A DNA stretch of 64,000 bases from Octopus vulgaris (GCA_951406725.2 OX597821.1:75950001-76014000), one strand, 5' to 3'. Positions 1-12,177 are shown, counted from the stretch's first letter. Notes: a model not told the origin generated them from the letters alone. Translations and numbers: made by a program.

Positions 1-86
1 GTCCGATGTATATACCGTCGCCTGAAAAGCAACGAGATGCGGATAGAACCGGAAACGAACGATTGGTTTCACAAAAGAAAGCGAAA

Positions 87-463
87 AGTGGTTCTCAACG
101 AGGGTCTACACGACTCTTTGGGGTCCATATGACCCAAGGTGTGTGTGTATGGGGAAAGAGCACATAACCTTTGGAGGAGGGAGGGGTCTATATAAGGTTT
201 TGTTATTAAAATTATTTATGTGCAATAAATTAGTTATAATTTTACGGCACACAGATTATACTCTTTAAAACTTTCAGTCATTTGACTGCGGCCATGTTGG
301 AGCACCAAATTTAATCGAACAAATCGACCCCAGATCTTATTCCTGGTAAACCTGGTACTTATTCGATCCGTCTCTTTTGCGAAACCACTAAGTTACGTGT
401 ATGTAAACACACCAACATAGGTTGTCAAACAATGGTGGTGGGGCAAACACAGACACACACACA

Positions 464-507
<44 letters not shown>

Positions 508-805
508 CACACGACGGGCTTCTTTTCCGTCTACCAAATCCACTCACAGGCTTTGGTCGGCTCGAGGCTAAAGAAGAAGACACTTGCCCAATGTGCCACG
601 CAGTGGGACTGAACCCGGAATCATGAGGTTGGGAAGCAAGCTTCTCACTGCACAGCTACGCTTTTTTTTTTAAATATTATTCTTAATAATATTTAATTAT
701 GAAATATAATAAGACTTATTAAAACATGGAATGGCTATGAGAGTCCTTCTGAGTAAAACTGAAATCAAAGGACTCCATTGGTAAAACAATGGTTAGAAAC
801 CACAA
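87..805. mobile_element. Degraded hAT (Charlie-like) MITE interrupted by a SINE
   Basis: Left end AGTGGTTCTCAAC (~87) and right end GGTTAGAAACCAC (791-803) resemble CAGTGGTTCTCAACC-type TIRs; AT-rich interior. Confidence 0.5.
271..662 (-). mobile_element. tRNA-derived SINE, family A (tRNA head, CORE-like segment, internal CA/TA microsatellite, CR1-like tail)
   Basis: Reverse complement aligns by eye with copies at 23564 and 47026; head has A/B-box-like motifs, tail GGTGCTCCAACATGGCCGCAGTCAAATGACTGAAA. Confidence 0.9.
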
Positions 806-1262
806 ATCTAAAATACAATTAAAAATCACTTTACAAAGGTAAACTCTTATAACAATGATGGAAATGCTTCGCAATTATACTGAGATCTTGTTCTGCAAAT
901 TTGTCAATTCCATTTTTCTGAAAAATACTCTCCCTACCACAGTGAAATATTAATATCATTTCTATATCTCATTTCCGTAAATTGCTTTCAAACTGTTTTA
1001 TTGCTGCGTTTGACAAATTTGAACATTGGGGCAAAGTTGCTTGCTTAATCAATTAATCGAACGTCAGGTTCAATATCACGTCTATTCGCCTATACTGTCG
1101 TTTTTCATGTGACAGTGTATTTCAATAAAGACGGCAGCAGTTACTCCTTTTTGTGTGCTGCCGTTATCAAGTTACCACGAGCAGATAATGGATAAACAAC
1201 CAGAAACACATTAACCGGAAATTGGGAATATTTTACATATTTACATTTCAATAAGCGACTTC

Positions 1263-1322
<60 letters not shown>

Positions 1323-1327
1323 TTATA

Positions 1328-1897
1328 CGAGGGTGTGTAAAAAAGTAATGCCATTTTGTTTAGGACAGGTATAATTACCAACACAGGAACATGTATCATA
1401 CATCAAAATGAAACTGGTCCTCTGTGGATCACATCCCTGCTTTTCAACATAGTCACCTTTTTATTCTCAATAGCAATGTTCCACCTTTGAATGAAAGCAT
1501 GTATCCTTGCCCCGTAACATTCTGTTGACTGTTCTTTGAGCCACTTCTTCACTACAGTTTTCACTTCCTCGCCACAGGAATAATGTTTGCCTTCCAAACC
1601 CTCTTTCATGGAGCCGAAGAGATGATAGTCTGAAGGAGCTAAATTATTCCAGTGACGAGCAAGTGAAAACTGTAGTGAAGAAGTGGCTCAAAGTACAGTC
1701 AACAGAATATTATGGAGCAGGGATACATGCTCTCATTCGAAGGTTGAACATTACTATTGAGAGAAACGGTGACTATGTTCAGTAGTAGGGATGTAATCCA
1801 TAGAGGACCAGCTTCATTTTGATGTATGATACATGTTCCTGTGTTGGTAATTATACCTGTCCTAAACAAAATGGCATTACTTTTTAACTCACCCTCG
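1328..1897. mobile_element. Mariner-derived foldback element built from two copies of the transposon 3' end
   Basis: TA on both sides; ~257-bp inverted arms 1328-1584 and 1643-1897; spacer reads LAPSDYHLFGSMKEGLEGKH on the minus strand (mariner YSPDLAPSD region). Confidence 0.9.
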
Positions 1898-2024
1898 TAT
1901 ATGTATATATATATATATATATATTTACAATTGAGGAAAAAATCTTTATAAGAAATTATCAGTAGTTAGCGTGAAAAACCTCGTAAGAGAAAAAATCCGT
2001 AAGTTTTTCCACTTTGAAAATATT

Positions 2025-2090
2025 TATTTATATTATATTGAGGGTACTACTATTCATAGATACCGTAGTACCCTCAATATAATATAAATA
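2025..2090. repeat. Perfect 26-bp inverted repeat with 14-nt loop
   Basis: TATTTATATTATATTGAGGGTACTAC ... GTAGTACCCTCAATATAATATAAATA. Confidence 0.9.
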
Positions 2091-2539
2091 TATATATATA
2101 TATATATACCACAAAACTTTATTTTAAAGATATAATGCATAACATTGTAATTACATTTCATATATGTGTGCGTGTGTTTGTGTGTGTGTGTGTATATACA
2201 TGTGTATGTTCTCTTGTCTTTTTAATTATCTAAAGTCCTGCTCTGTGAAACGGAGCTGGTTTCTAAAACACGAACAAAATTCAGAGCTGAGTCGTTGAAA
2301 TGTAGATAATAGAACCAATGTCACATTCTAAACTTGTGAATTGTCTTGCAAATTTTAACTGTCCCACTTACAGATTGTATTGGGTTTTTTTTTGTGAAAA
2401 GCTTAACTTATCCGGATTGTGGCTTCCTCGTTTTCTCACAAAACCGAGTGCGATAATTGGTATTCGTATAAATGTGAATTTTTAATCTGTATACAGAACC
2501 TGGAAGTTGTCTCTTCTCTTTGATTTTCAAATCTATGTC

Positions 2540-3047
2540 TGCATGTATGTATGTATGTATGTATATATGTGTGTATATATGTATGTATGCAAGCATGTAT
2601 GTGTGTTGGTATGTATGTATGTAAGCATTTATGTGCGTACGTACGCATGTTCGTATGTATGTATTTATGTGTGTATGTATGTACGTATGTTTGTATGTAT
2701 GCATTTATGTGTGTATGTATGTACGTATGTTTGTATGTATGCATTTATGTGTATATGCACGCATGTAAGTGTGTATGTATGTATGTATGCATGCAACTAT
2801 ATATGTATGCATGTATATTTGTTAGTATGCATGTGTATATCAATATGTAGCTAAGTATGTATGCATGTATTTATGTTTATTTGTATGCATTTTTGTTAGT
2901 ATGCATGTATGTATGTATGTTAATACTTATGAATGTGTATATGTACGTACGTATGTATATATACGTACATGTGTGTACGTAAGTACGTATCTATGTATGC
3001 ATATGTATGTATGTATGCATGTATATATGTATGTATGTGTGTGTATG

Positions 3048-3080
<33 letters not shown>

Positions 3081-3154
3081 GTGTATATATGTATGTATTT
3101 GTGTGTATGTATGCATGCATGTATGTTATGTATGTATGTATGTATGTACGTATG

Positions 3155-3186
<32 letters not shown>

Positions 3187-3222
3187 TGTATGTATGTATA
3201 TATGTAAGTATGTATGTATGTA
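2540..3222. repeat. Imperfect (TATG)n microsatellite
   Basis: Direct inspection. Confidence 0.95.
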
Positions 3223-4154
3223 GGCAATATAGATTCGTGATTGTTTTTTAAATCTTTTCCTCCTTCCAGTAAAGTGAGAATAATCATTAGGTATCAACAG
3301 GTACAAAATACAAACAGGAATGGCTAGGATACTATCATGACTCAAGTACTCTCTAGTACGGACATGCCATTTACAGAAAATATACATTCTCCATTTATGA
3401 GTCCAGTTTTACTGCAGTGATCGTTCTGTTTTTCGGCAGTTCACTGGCTTTAAACCAGGAAACTGAAAATGTTAGATAATAATGTTGAGATGTTATCTGT
3501 ATTGGATCAGCAGCCTATTCGTGAGAGATGGTACATCTCATTCAGAGAATAACATAAAACGGGCAGTGAAAAGTGACACAGAAAACTGACACAGTTTAGG
3601 GTATCAGAAATGTTTACCCACACAATACAACTTACACGCACTCACACGCGCACACAAACAACACGCGCGAAAAGCACGATAAATGGAATAAAGACACATA
3701 TATGTATTTATATTATAATAGATATTAATTTTGCATAAAGGAATCCCATTAAACAGACGAAAAATATCATTAATATTTGAATGCTCCTAAATACATGCTA
3801 ATCTATGTACCCACCCACCCGCCCAACACATACCTACGCAAGCGCATGTACACACACACACACACACACACTTGCGTGTGTGTATGAGTATATACATATA
3901 TGTATGTATGTATATGCATATATATATATATATATCACATATTTACGTATATATATAATATATTTATATCTATGCACATATATACTGTTGATGAAGTGAG
4001 TTGACTACGTTGTGTTGCTTAATGGCGTCAACTATGCATACATGTGTACAGGACGTCACCAACAATAAACAACATGAAATACGAAAACAAATGAGTTGAA
4101 TACGCAAACAACGAGAGAAATAAATGGAAAACAAGACAAGTAACATGAAAAATG

Positions 4155-4213
4155 ACCCTTCATCAGTTGTCGGCTGCCTATCTACTCATCATTTCGAGCA
4201 ATGTTCCAAGTAA
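4155..4213 (-). ncRNA. Reordered hammerhead-like motif, copy 3 (both core strands intact, NUH strand degraded)
   Basis: Minus strand GCUC GAAA UGAU...CGACAA CUGAUGA A GGGU; homologous to 11831-11893. Confidence 0.55.
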
Positions 4214-4275
<62 letters not shown>

Positions 4276-4601
4276 ATACATGCAGGATTGCACCTAAGGA
4301 TTCATGCTCTGGTTTCTCCTATATCTTCGAAAAGTTGAACTATGAATTTTTATGCTTCTTTTTTCTTCTCTCTTTCCATCTCCTTATTCTTTTACTCCCT
4401 TCCTGTCATTTTATTAATATATACCATTCTTATTTTCCCTATTTTTCCATTTTTGTGTCTCATGACTGAATGTCCCATACTCGGGAATATACCAGCAGTA
4501 ATATTTTCAATTTCTTATAATAATATTGTATACGCCTTGGTATGTTCACTTTGCCTTAATACTTGCTGTCCTGTTTACCAATTATATACATATGTATGTA
4601 T

Positions 4602-4679
<78 letters not shown>

Positions 4680-4680
<1 letters not shown>

Positions 4681-4757
4681 ATAACAATATAATAAATAAA
4701 TAAAATATATGCATATATACATACATATATGTACATACTTACATCTACATGCATATA

Positions 4758-4803
<46 letters not shown>

Positions 4804-5700
4804 TACAGGACACCACAAATAAACGTAGAACACAACGAGAAACGAAAACATAAAATCAACAAGGAAACGGACTTTTTTTAACAACAAAAAAACAGAGTAC
4901 AGGACAGACAATACAAGGAAAATTCCCCTTCATCAGCTGCCCCTGGTTCGACTCAATGCGTGTTTCGAAAGTAAGGGCAGAACACGGCCAGGCCGAAGCA
5001 ATTCTTCCTGTAAAAGGAATTAAGTAAAATTCTTTTGCAGAGGGGTAAAACAAGTGACAAGAACAGGACGTAAAAGCAATACAAATGAAGAAAAAACAGT
5101 AGAAAAAACAGTACAAATAAAGAATAACATTTTTTAGGCCTAGACGGTGGAAAAATTAGTTAGAACGCATGTGAAAAATCGGCTTGCGAAAGACAGGGAA
5201 GTCGATGTATGCTTGTTGAAGCACGAAGCTGAAAGAAAGTTTTTGTAGCCCTCTGGTCAACGGCCAGAGAGAGAGGAGGAGGAGAGAGAGGAGGAGGAGA
5301 GAGAGAGAGGGGGGTGGGGAAGAAACCAGAAAGGGTGAAAAATAAGGGGGAGAGGGACAAGTAGAGAGGAAGACAGACAGGCAGGGAGGAAAGGTCAAGT
5401 AAAGAGTAAGAGTGCGCGTCATGATTATTCAAATAAAAACTTACTTGGAGAAGAGAAATAGTGAAATAACGCCTGCGTTCGGTCATATAATACCAATATA
5501 ATAAATAAAATATATGTATATATACATACATATATGTACATACTTACATCTACATGTATATATACATGCATATATATATATATATATATATATATGAGTA
5601 CAGAACACCACAAATGAACGTAGAACACAAAGAGAAACGAAAACATAAAATCAACAAGGAAACGGACGTTTTTAACAAAGAAAAAAACAAGGAAACACAC
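4680..5700 (-). mobile_element. Non-coding retroelement-like repeat with ~210-bp direct terminal repeats, carrying the reordered hammerhead motif
   Basis: 4680-4890 is repeated at ~5490-5690; interior partly homologous to 11560-12030 and 4050-4210. Confidence 0.65.
4925..4986 (-). ncRNA. Hammerhead-like ribozyme with non-circularly permuted strand order, copy 1 (best preserved)
   Basis: Minus strand CGUG U U|CUGCCCUU AC UUUC GAAA CACG CAUUGAGUCGAACC AGGGGCAG CUGAUGA A GGGG: full core plus stems I, II and III. Confidence 0.7.
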
Positions 5701-5729
5701 ACACACATATATATATATGTATGTATATG

Positions 5730-5799
<70 letters not shown>

Positions 5800-5884
5800 C
5801 ATAAATACACACATATTTATATGTGTGTGTGTGTATGTGTATGCATGTACGTATATATATATATATAGATAGATAGATAGATAG

Positions 5885-5951
<67 letters not shown>

Positions 5952-5996
5952 ATAGATAGAGAAACATATGAACACAAAGCAGCAGCATTTTATGCT

Positions 5997-6755
5997 TTAT
6001 ATAACGTACACGTGTTTTAATGAACCGACTGCCGTTTTCGCGTAAGCTAGTTAACGCCATTAAGCAACACAACGTAATCGACTCATTCCATCAACAGTAT
6101 CAATTGCAAACGTGATATATATATACACCAATATTCAAATTAAGTCCCGTCCAATTTTTACAATAGCGCAAGTGCATTAAGAGCAAAGCTGGATTAACCA
6201 TTAAGCAAACTTAGCATGTACTTAGGGCATGAAGGGAAGGCCACGGCACCTCAGAAATGGTAAATGGTTTACGGCACAAAAGAAATCACTTTAAACTTAC
6301 TAAAATAATATTTACGATGCTTTTGTCTCTACTAAGTATAGATGCAGATGTGTTACCTAAGATTAATTTTGAGGATCTGATCAAATATTTTGCAATTCAG
6401 ATATAAATAAAGCAGAAGTATACAAAAATAAACATTACTTTCCATCTTATTGTTTTGTTTCTTTTTGGAAAATAAAAATTTATTTTATGTTTGTTATTGT
6501 TTATATTTTGAATTACATAATCTTTTCTGAGGACACTAAAATCTTTTAAGTGCTTAAGGCCGCGATGTGTCTTAATCCGGCCCTGAATGAGAGGATAAGA
6601 ATGCGCTATATAAAAGGACTTGTAATCTTCTTTATGCTGTATTTTTGCTGATAAAGTAGAAGAGGTGTATCGACTATTTTGTGCCTCGTAGTAAGGTTAA
6701 TCAACATAGGTAATAACGGCCGTTGGGTTACTAAAACACGTGTGCGTTATTTAAA
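5997..6755. repeat. Old imperfect inverted repeat (arms ~5997-6085 and ~6668-6755) with hammerhead-like relic AAAACACGTGT
   Basis: Arms translate to similar strings on opposite strands (NGSRFIKTRVRYIK / NGRWVTKTRVRYLK); 6048-6100 also matches 3982-4035 in reverse. Confidence 0.55.
6184..6585. mobile_element. hAT-type MITE
   Basis: TIRs CAAAGCTGGATTAA / TTAATCCGGCCCTG; flanks ATTAAGAG and AATGAGAG match at 6/8, consistent with a decayed 8-bp TSD. Confidence 0.7.
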
Positions 6756-6943
6756 ACTAAAACACCGGTTACAGCCCTGTGTTAATTTTTTTCCTATATG
6801 GTGGTTCGGATTCTGCATACGAGACTATCTAGAATTATTAAGTTTTTTGTCAACCTCGTCGACGCTGACAACTTTTTGTAACCTGTCGCGCTTTCGGGTG
6901 ACATTATATATGTGTGTACATTATATATGTACATTATATACAT

Positions 6944-6976
<33 letters not shown>

Positions 6977-7108
6977 ACATTATATATATAATATATATGT
7001 GTGTGTGTGTGTATGTGTGTGTGTAACTACATATAAATGTGTGTGCATATATACCTGATAGGTGCAGGTGTAGTTGTGTGGTTTAGAGGCTGCTGTGCAA
7101 ACGTGTGT

Positions 7109-7170
<62 letters not shown>

Positions 7171-7737
7171 ATGCGTGCGTGTGTGTATAATTGTAGGGTT
7201 TCTGTGTTCGTAAAGGTCTTTCGGTTGCTCAATTGTCTGGAAATGTCGCTTGAAGCAATGGCTGTCTCGTACATGGCGTTAATATTGCAACGGACCGTTC
7301 ACCTTTTCTCAAACGATACTTGATTATTAAAAGCTACTTTCTTTTCCTGTAAATCACTGATTAAAAACATAAATAAATAAAATAGAACGAGAGAGGAAGA
7401 GAATAAGAGAGAGAGAGAGAAAAGGAGGGAGTCAGACAAAGAGACACAAAATGGGAGATAAATAATATATGCCCCTATCATAAAGAAACAAAATGGCTGT
7501 TGTTATAAAAAGAAGAAAGAAGAAATGTCGTTTGACGTGCTTTTTGTAATATATTGCTTTTGTATGTGTAAATGTTTATCGGACTGTTGTGTGAAGTAAT
7601 ATCTATGCTTGGGTTTATTTGATTCTTTTTTTATTATTACGTATTTATATATTTACTTCTTTAATTGTCTGTTAATTTGTTTGTTGGTTTATTTCTTTGT
7701 TTATCGCTTTGTGTTGTCGAATACATTAACAACTCAG

Positions 7738-7797
7738 CCAACATTTACTCTTCTTTAAATGTGTACAACAAACAAACAAAAATGGGAAACGGTAAGT
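7738..7797 (+). other. Candidate short first coding exon (M-G-N) of a host gene
   Basis: U-rich tract and CAG at 7735-7737, AAAAATGG start context (ATG 7782), then G|GTAAGT donor at 7792; no downstream exon identified. Confidence 0.2.
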
Positions 7798-8479
7798 GTA
7801 CCTCTGATATCTATCCAATCTATCTTCGATATTGGCAAGAACGTCATAAGAGTAGTGTCCACGTGGCGCCACAACATTATAAAGCAGAATGCTAAATAAA
7901 ACTAAGAAACATTTTGTTGTGTAAAGTTTTCACTCATTTAGAAACGTTATCAAAAGGACTAAAGTTATTGTAAAACATCACCGTAAAAACCTAGTTCCCA
8001 TGTTTCGAATTTTAAACCGAACAGCAGGAGTAAAATTCAATTTATAGCGAAAACAAAATGAATATTTTGTTAATACTTTCGTGTCTATATTTCCAGCGAA
8101 ATACAACACAAACATTTCAATTAATTCTAAAACGAATCAAAGCAATTATTACGTATTTATAGATTTTGTTGTTTATTCTGATTAGGGAAATCAGTGCCCG
8201 TAACCCTTTAAAGGGCTTCATGTAAAGAAGAAATGTGTTTAATCGGGCATTACATTAACCCCCATAGCCAAGAATAAGATCGGTCACGTTCTGAAGGAGT
8301 ACCAGATGTTTCATTTAACTAAATTACATTTAGTCGGCTTGTGAATTTAGTATAAGTCATTCGTGGGGTAAAACCCGAAACGATGAACTCAAAAGAAGGG
8401 TCACCTTAACTACACAGTCATGCGTACACTCGGATATTTAGAGAAACGTAAAATTATGCTAGGAAGTTCAATATTTTTT

Positions 8480-8690
8480 TTTACTCTAGGCACAAGGTCC
8501 GAAATTTTGGGGGAGTGGGGCCAGTCGGTTAGATCGACTCCAGTACGCAATGGGTATTTAATTTATCGACCTTGAAAGGATGAAAGGCAATGTCGACCTC
8601 GGCGGAATTTGAACTCAGAACATAAAGACAAACGAAACACCGCGAAGCCTTTCGACCGGCGTGCTAACGTTTCTGCCAGCTCGCCGCCTT
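8480..8690 (-). mobile_element. SINE family B (tRNA-like head plus Meta-like central domain)
   Basis: Reverse complement of GGCGGCGAGCTGGCAGAAACGTTAGCACG...GCCTTTCATCCTTTC..GGTCGATAAATTAA. Confidence 0.9.
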
Positions 8691-8786
8691 GAAAACGTAA
8701 GAGGCCATACTATAACATATTGGCTGCAGTTCCACTGGACCTTGCAAGCCGACTGTCATTTCAATTTCAATACTGAACACATTAAA

Positions 8787-8997
8787 AGGCGTCGAGCTGG
8801 CAGAAGTGGTTAGCCGTATTTCGTCTCTCTTTATGTTCTGAGTTCAAATTCAGCCGAGGTCGACTTTGCCTTTCATCATTCGGAGACGATTAATTAAGTA
8901 CCTGTTAGGCACTGGAGTCAATGTAATCGACTTAATCCCTTTGTAAGTCCTTTTTTGTCCTCTCTATGTTTAGCCCCCTGTGGGCAATAAAGAAATA
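8787..8997 (+). mobile_element. SINE family B with Tx1-like tail
   Basis: Head GGCGTCGAGCTGGCAGAA, central domain, tail TTTAGCCCCCTGTGGGCAATAAAGAAAT. Confidence 0.9.
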
Positions 8998-9133
8998 TAT
9001 ACACTATGGTATAACTATCTGGTGCAAAGCTAAAAAGATATAATTTACAACATACAGTTTGTTTTTATAAAAGTAAAAAAAAAAACGATTTTTAATTGGT
9101 GATTAAATAATCGATATATTACGGGTCGAGAAG

Positions 9134-9960
9134 ACGGCGAGCTGGCAGAATCGATAGCACACCGGGCGAATTGCTTAACGGCATTTTTTCCGCCTTTACA
9201 TTCTGAGTTCAAATTCTGCTATGGTGGACTTAGGTTTCCATCCTTTCAAAGTCGATAACATAAGTACCAACTGAATATCGGGGTCGATGTAATTGACTTA
9301 ACACCACCCCACAAAATTGATGGCCTTTTGTACAAATTTGTAGCCAAAATATTTATTTCTTTATTGCCCACAGGGGCTACACACAGTGGGGACAAACAAG
9401 GACAGACAAAGGGATTAAGTCGATTACATCGACCCCAGTGTGTAACTGGTACTTATTTAATCGATCCCGAAACGATGAAAGGCAAAGTCGACCTCGGATT
9501 GAATTAGCACCAAACGACGATTGAAACCTCGGCCCAATCGCCGCTAGTTTTCCAAATTTTGGCTCAAGGGCAGACATATTTTCTAGGGGCCAGGAATCAT
9601 TGAATACCTTCATCACGAATTATAGAATATTCTATCCATGAGATGGAAGGTAACTTTTTGATTACGGTAGAGTTTAAACTTACAAATAAGGTAAGAAAAT
9701 AAAAGAGAAGATCGTGGCAAAACATTTTCCCCCAATGCTTTAAAATTCTCTCAACCCATCAGCTTTACATTATTCCTAGAAATAAACATTCTTACATATC
9801 AAACATTTGGGTGAATGTGCAATCAAATAAATTAATTGTAGGACTCGGGTGGATTTTACATTCTGATCAACCAGAAATTCAGGGAAAAGCTGATTCCTAA
9901 TGGATTTGAACTCAGAAGGCAAAAGAAAGGAGCCAAATACAATGAAGAATTTAGCAGGAA
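9134..9960. mobile_element. Cluster of SINE family B copies (9134-9350 +, 9352-9500 -, degraded minus copies to ~9960)
   Basis: Repeated matches to the family B head and central domain. Confidence 0.8.
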
Positions 9961-10351
9961 CCCTATACACTGCAACCATTCAGTGATGATTCATTTTCTG
10001 GACACCCTATACAGAGGGCTTATACATATATTCATACATACACAAATACACAGACACATATATAATATACATATAGATGTGTCCGTATAAATGGTATATA
10101 TACATATGTTATTCTTTTATTCTTTTACTTGTTTTAGCTATTTGACTGCGGCCATGCTGGGGCACCGCCTTTAATCAAACAAATCGACCCCACGACTTAT
10201 TCTTTATAAGCCTAGTACTTGTTTTGTCAGTCTCTTTCGCCGAACCGCTAAGTTAGGGGGCGTAAACACACCATAATCGGTTTTCAAGTGATAGTTGGTG
10301 GGGACAAGCACAGACACATACAGAAATCTATACATATATATATATACATAT

Positions 10352-10410
<59 letters not shown>

Positions 10411-10420
10411 CATATATATG

Positions 10421-10470
<50 letters not shown>

Positions 10471-10681
10471 CGTTTAAATATTTGTTGTGCAATATGACCA
10501 TTCCGAAATATAACAATATATATATATATACGGTTTAAGTAATTGAGATTCAAGTGAGTTCTAATGAATTCACATGAATATGGTCCTTAACTAGGATGCA
10601 CCGGAAATCTATATGGTGTTAACCATACGACAAGTGGGGTGATTACAAATAGGAAAAAAGCAACAAGAATGGGTTAAAATA

Positions 10682-10765
10682 TCGGTACAATTGTTTCGTA
10701 CGAGGACATCTTTAATAAGCTACAAAAAATGCAGTAAATATAGATGGCTCGTACTCGTCAGACGA
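10682..10765 (-). ncRNA. Type I hammerhead ribozyme (long stem II insert, palindromic stem III)
   Basis: UCGU CUGACGA GUACGAG...CUCGUAC GAAA CAAUUG UA CCGA; core intact, one stem I mismatch. Confidence 0.8.
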
Positions 10766-10997
10766 AAAAACATCAGAGATTCCCAAACATCAAAAGGAGT
10801 AGATACAAATGAGGGTGTGAATTTAACTGCATAACTTGATTAACAATTCACTATGAACTATATATGGACATGCACATATTCTGTAAGTTCAAGACCTTTC
10901 ATCGGATCTCCAGGAATCGAACTATCTTCAATGCAGTTAAACTCACACCCTCATTTGTATCTACCCCTTTTGATGTTTGGGAATCTCTGATGTCTTT

Positions 10998-11081
10998 TCG
11001 GCTGACGTGTACGAGCCATCTATATTTACTGCATTTTTTGTAGCTTATTAAAGATGTCCCCGTACGAAACAATTGTACCGA
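10998..11081 (+). ncRNA. Type I hammerhead ribozyme, A9U variant
   Basis: UCGG CUGACGU GUACGAG...CCCGUAC GAAA CAAUUG UA CCGA; stem I perfect. Confidence 0.75.
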
Positions 11082-11109
11082 TATTTTAACCCATTCTTGT
11101 TGCTTTTTT

Positions 11110-11168
<59 letters not shown>

Positions 11169-11188
11169 GTATATACATATATACATAC

Positions 11189-11221
<33 letters not shown>

Positions 11222-11280
11222 AATACATATATATGTATATACATATATATATGTATATACATATATACATATATATATAG

Positions 11281-12030
11281 GTATATGGCTTAAAAAGCCA
11301 CATCAGACGCCATGATGGTGCTAAGGTGTAGGTACAGGAAGTGGTCAAACTCTGTATAAGGAGTAGAAAACCACCACCACACACACACATACACATACAC
11401 ATACACACACACATATATATATGCCCTTTCGTTTCCTCTCTTCCTCTCATTTGCCTCCCCTTCTCCCTCTCTCTCTTTTTCTCTCTTATCTGGCCTCCAC
11501 ATTCTTTCCTCTCCCCTTCATAGTTGTGTGTCTGTCACTTTCTCTCTCTCACTATTCCTCCTTTGCTCCTGTGGCCTCCACGTGACCACCGGTTATTCTC
11601 CTAACTTGTGCTTTTCTCTCTTTCTTCTTGCTTCAGCTCGACAGTGAAAACATACTGTTCTCTGTCTCCTGTCCAGCTTTGTTTCTTCGCCTTTACCACC
11701 ACAACCTCGACTAGGCTCCGCAGCCCTTCCTGTTTGTTTTCACTGTCCTGTTTTTGTCACCATTTTGACCCTCCGCAAGATCGCAAATTTTATTTAATTT
11801 GCTTTGCGGGAGCAGCTGTTTTATCGAAGGCATATCTTGTCGTGAATTGCTCGAGATATGGTCTAGATAAAGAGCCGACAAGTGATGAAGGGTCGTTCCT
11901 TATGTTGCTTGTCTTGTTTTCCATTTATTTCTCTGGTTGCTTGCAAAAAATAGCCCTTATTCCATGTCCTCGGACTTCGTATTATTTGTTGCTTATGTTT
12001 TGTGACGGTCTGTGCCCACATATGCATATG
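11281..12030 (+). mobile_element. Pyrimidine-rich non-coding repeat of the reordered-hammerhead family
   Basis: 11730-11950 is homologous to the reverse complement of 4900-5110 and 4050-4210. Confidence 0.65.
11831..11893 (+). ncRNA. Reordered hammerhead-like motif, copy 2 (two core substitutions)
   Basis: CAUA U C|UUGUCG UGAAUU GCUC GAGA UAUG ... CGACAA GUGAUGA A GGGU; all three stems pair. Confidence 0.65.
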
Positions 12031-12107
12031 TATATACGTAAACATCTAAGTATGTACGTATATGTATGTATATATGCATATGTATATAATTTATTGATAT
12101 TTATTAC

Positions 12108-12138
<31 letters not shown>

Positions 12139-12177
12139 CACACATATGTATGTATATATATATATATATATACAAAC

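Larger units (their letters stand above)
10649..11114. mobile_element. Penelope-like foldback: 184-bp inverted arms (10649-10832 / 10931-11114), each with a hammerhead motif
   Basis: Arms are near-perfect reverse complements; HHR cores in both. Confidence 0.8.

Noticed and set aside
2408-3387. Many overlapping ORFs rich in Y/I/H/T/V/C/M here and throughout the window
   Set aside because: Translations of microsatellites that lack stop codons; no coding signal
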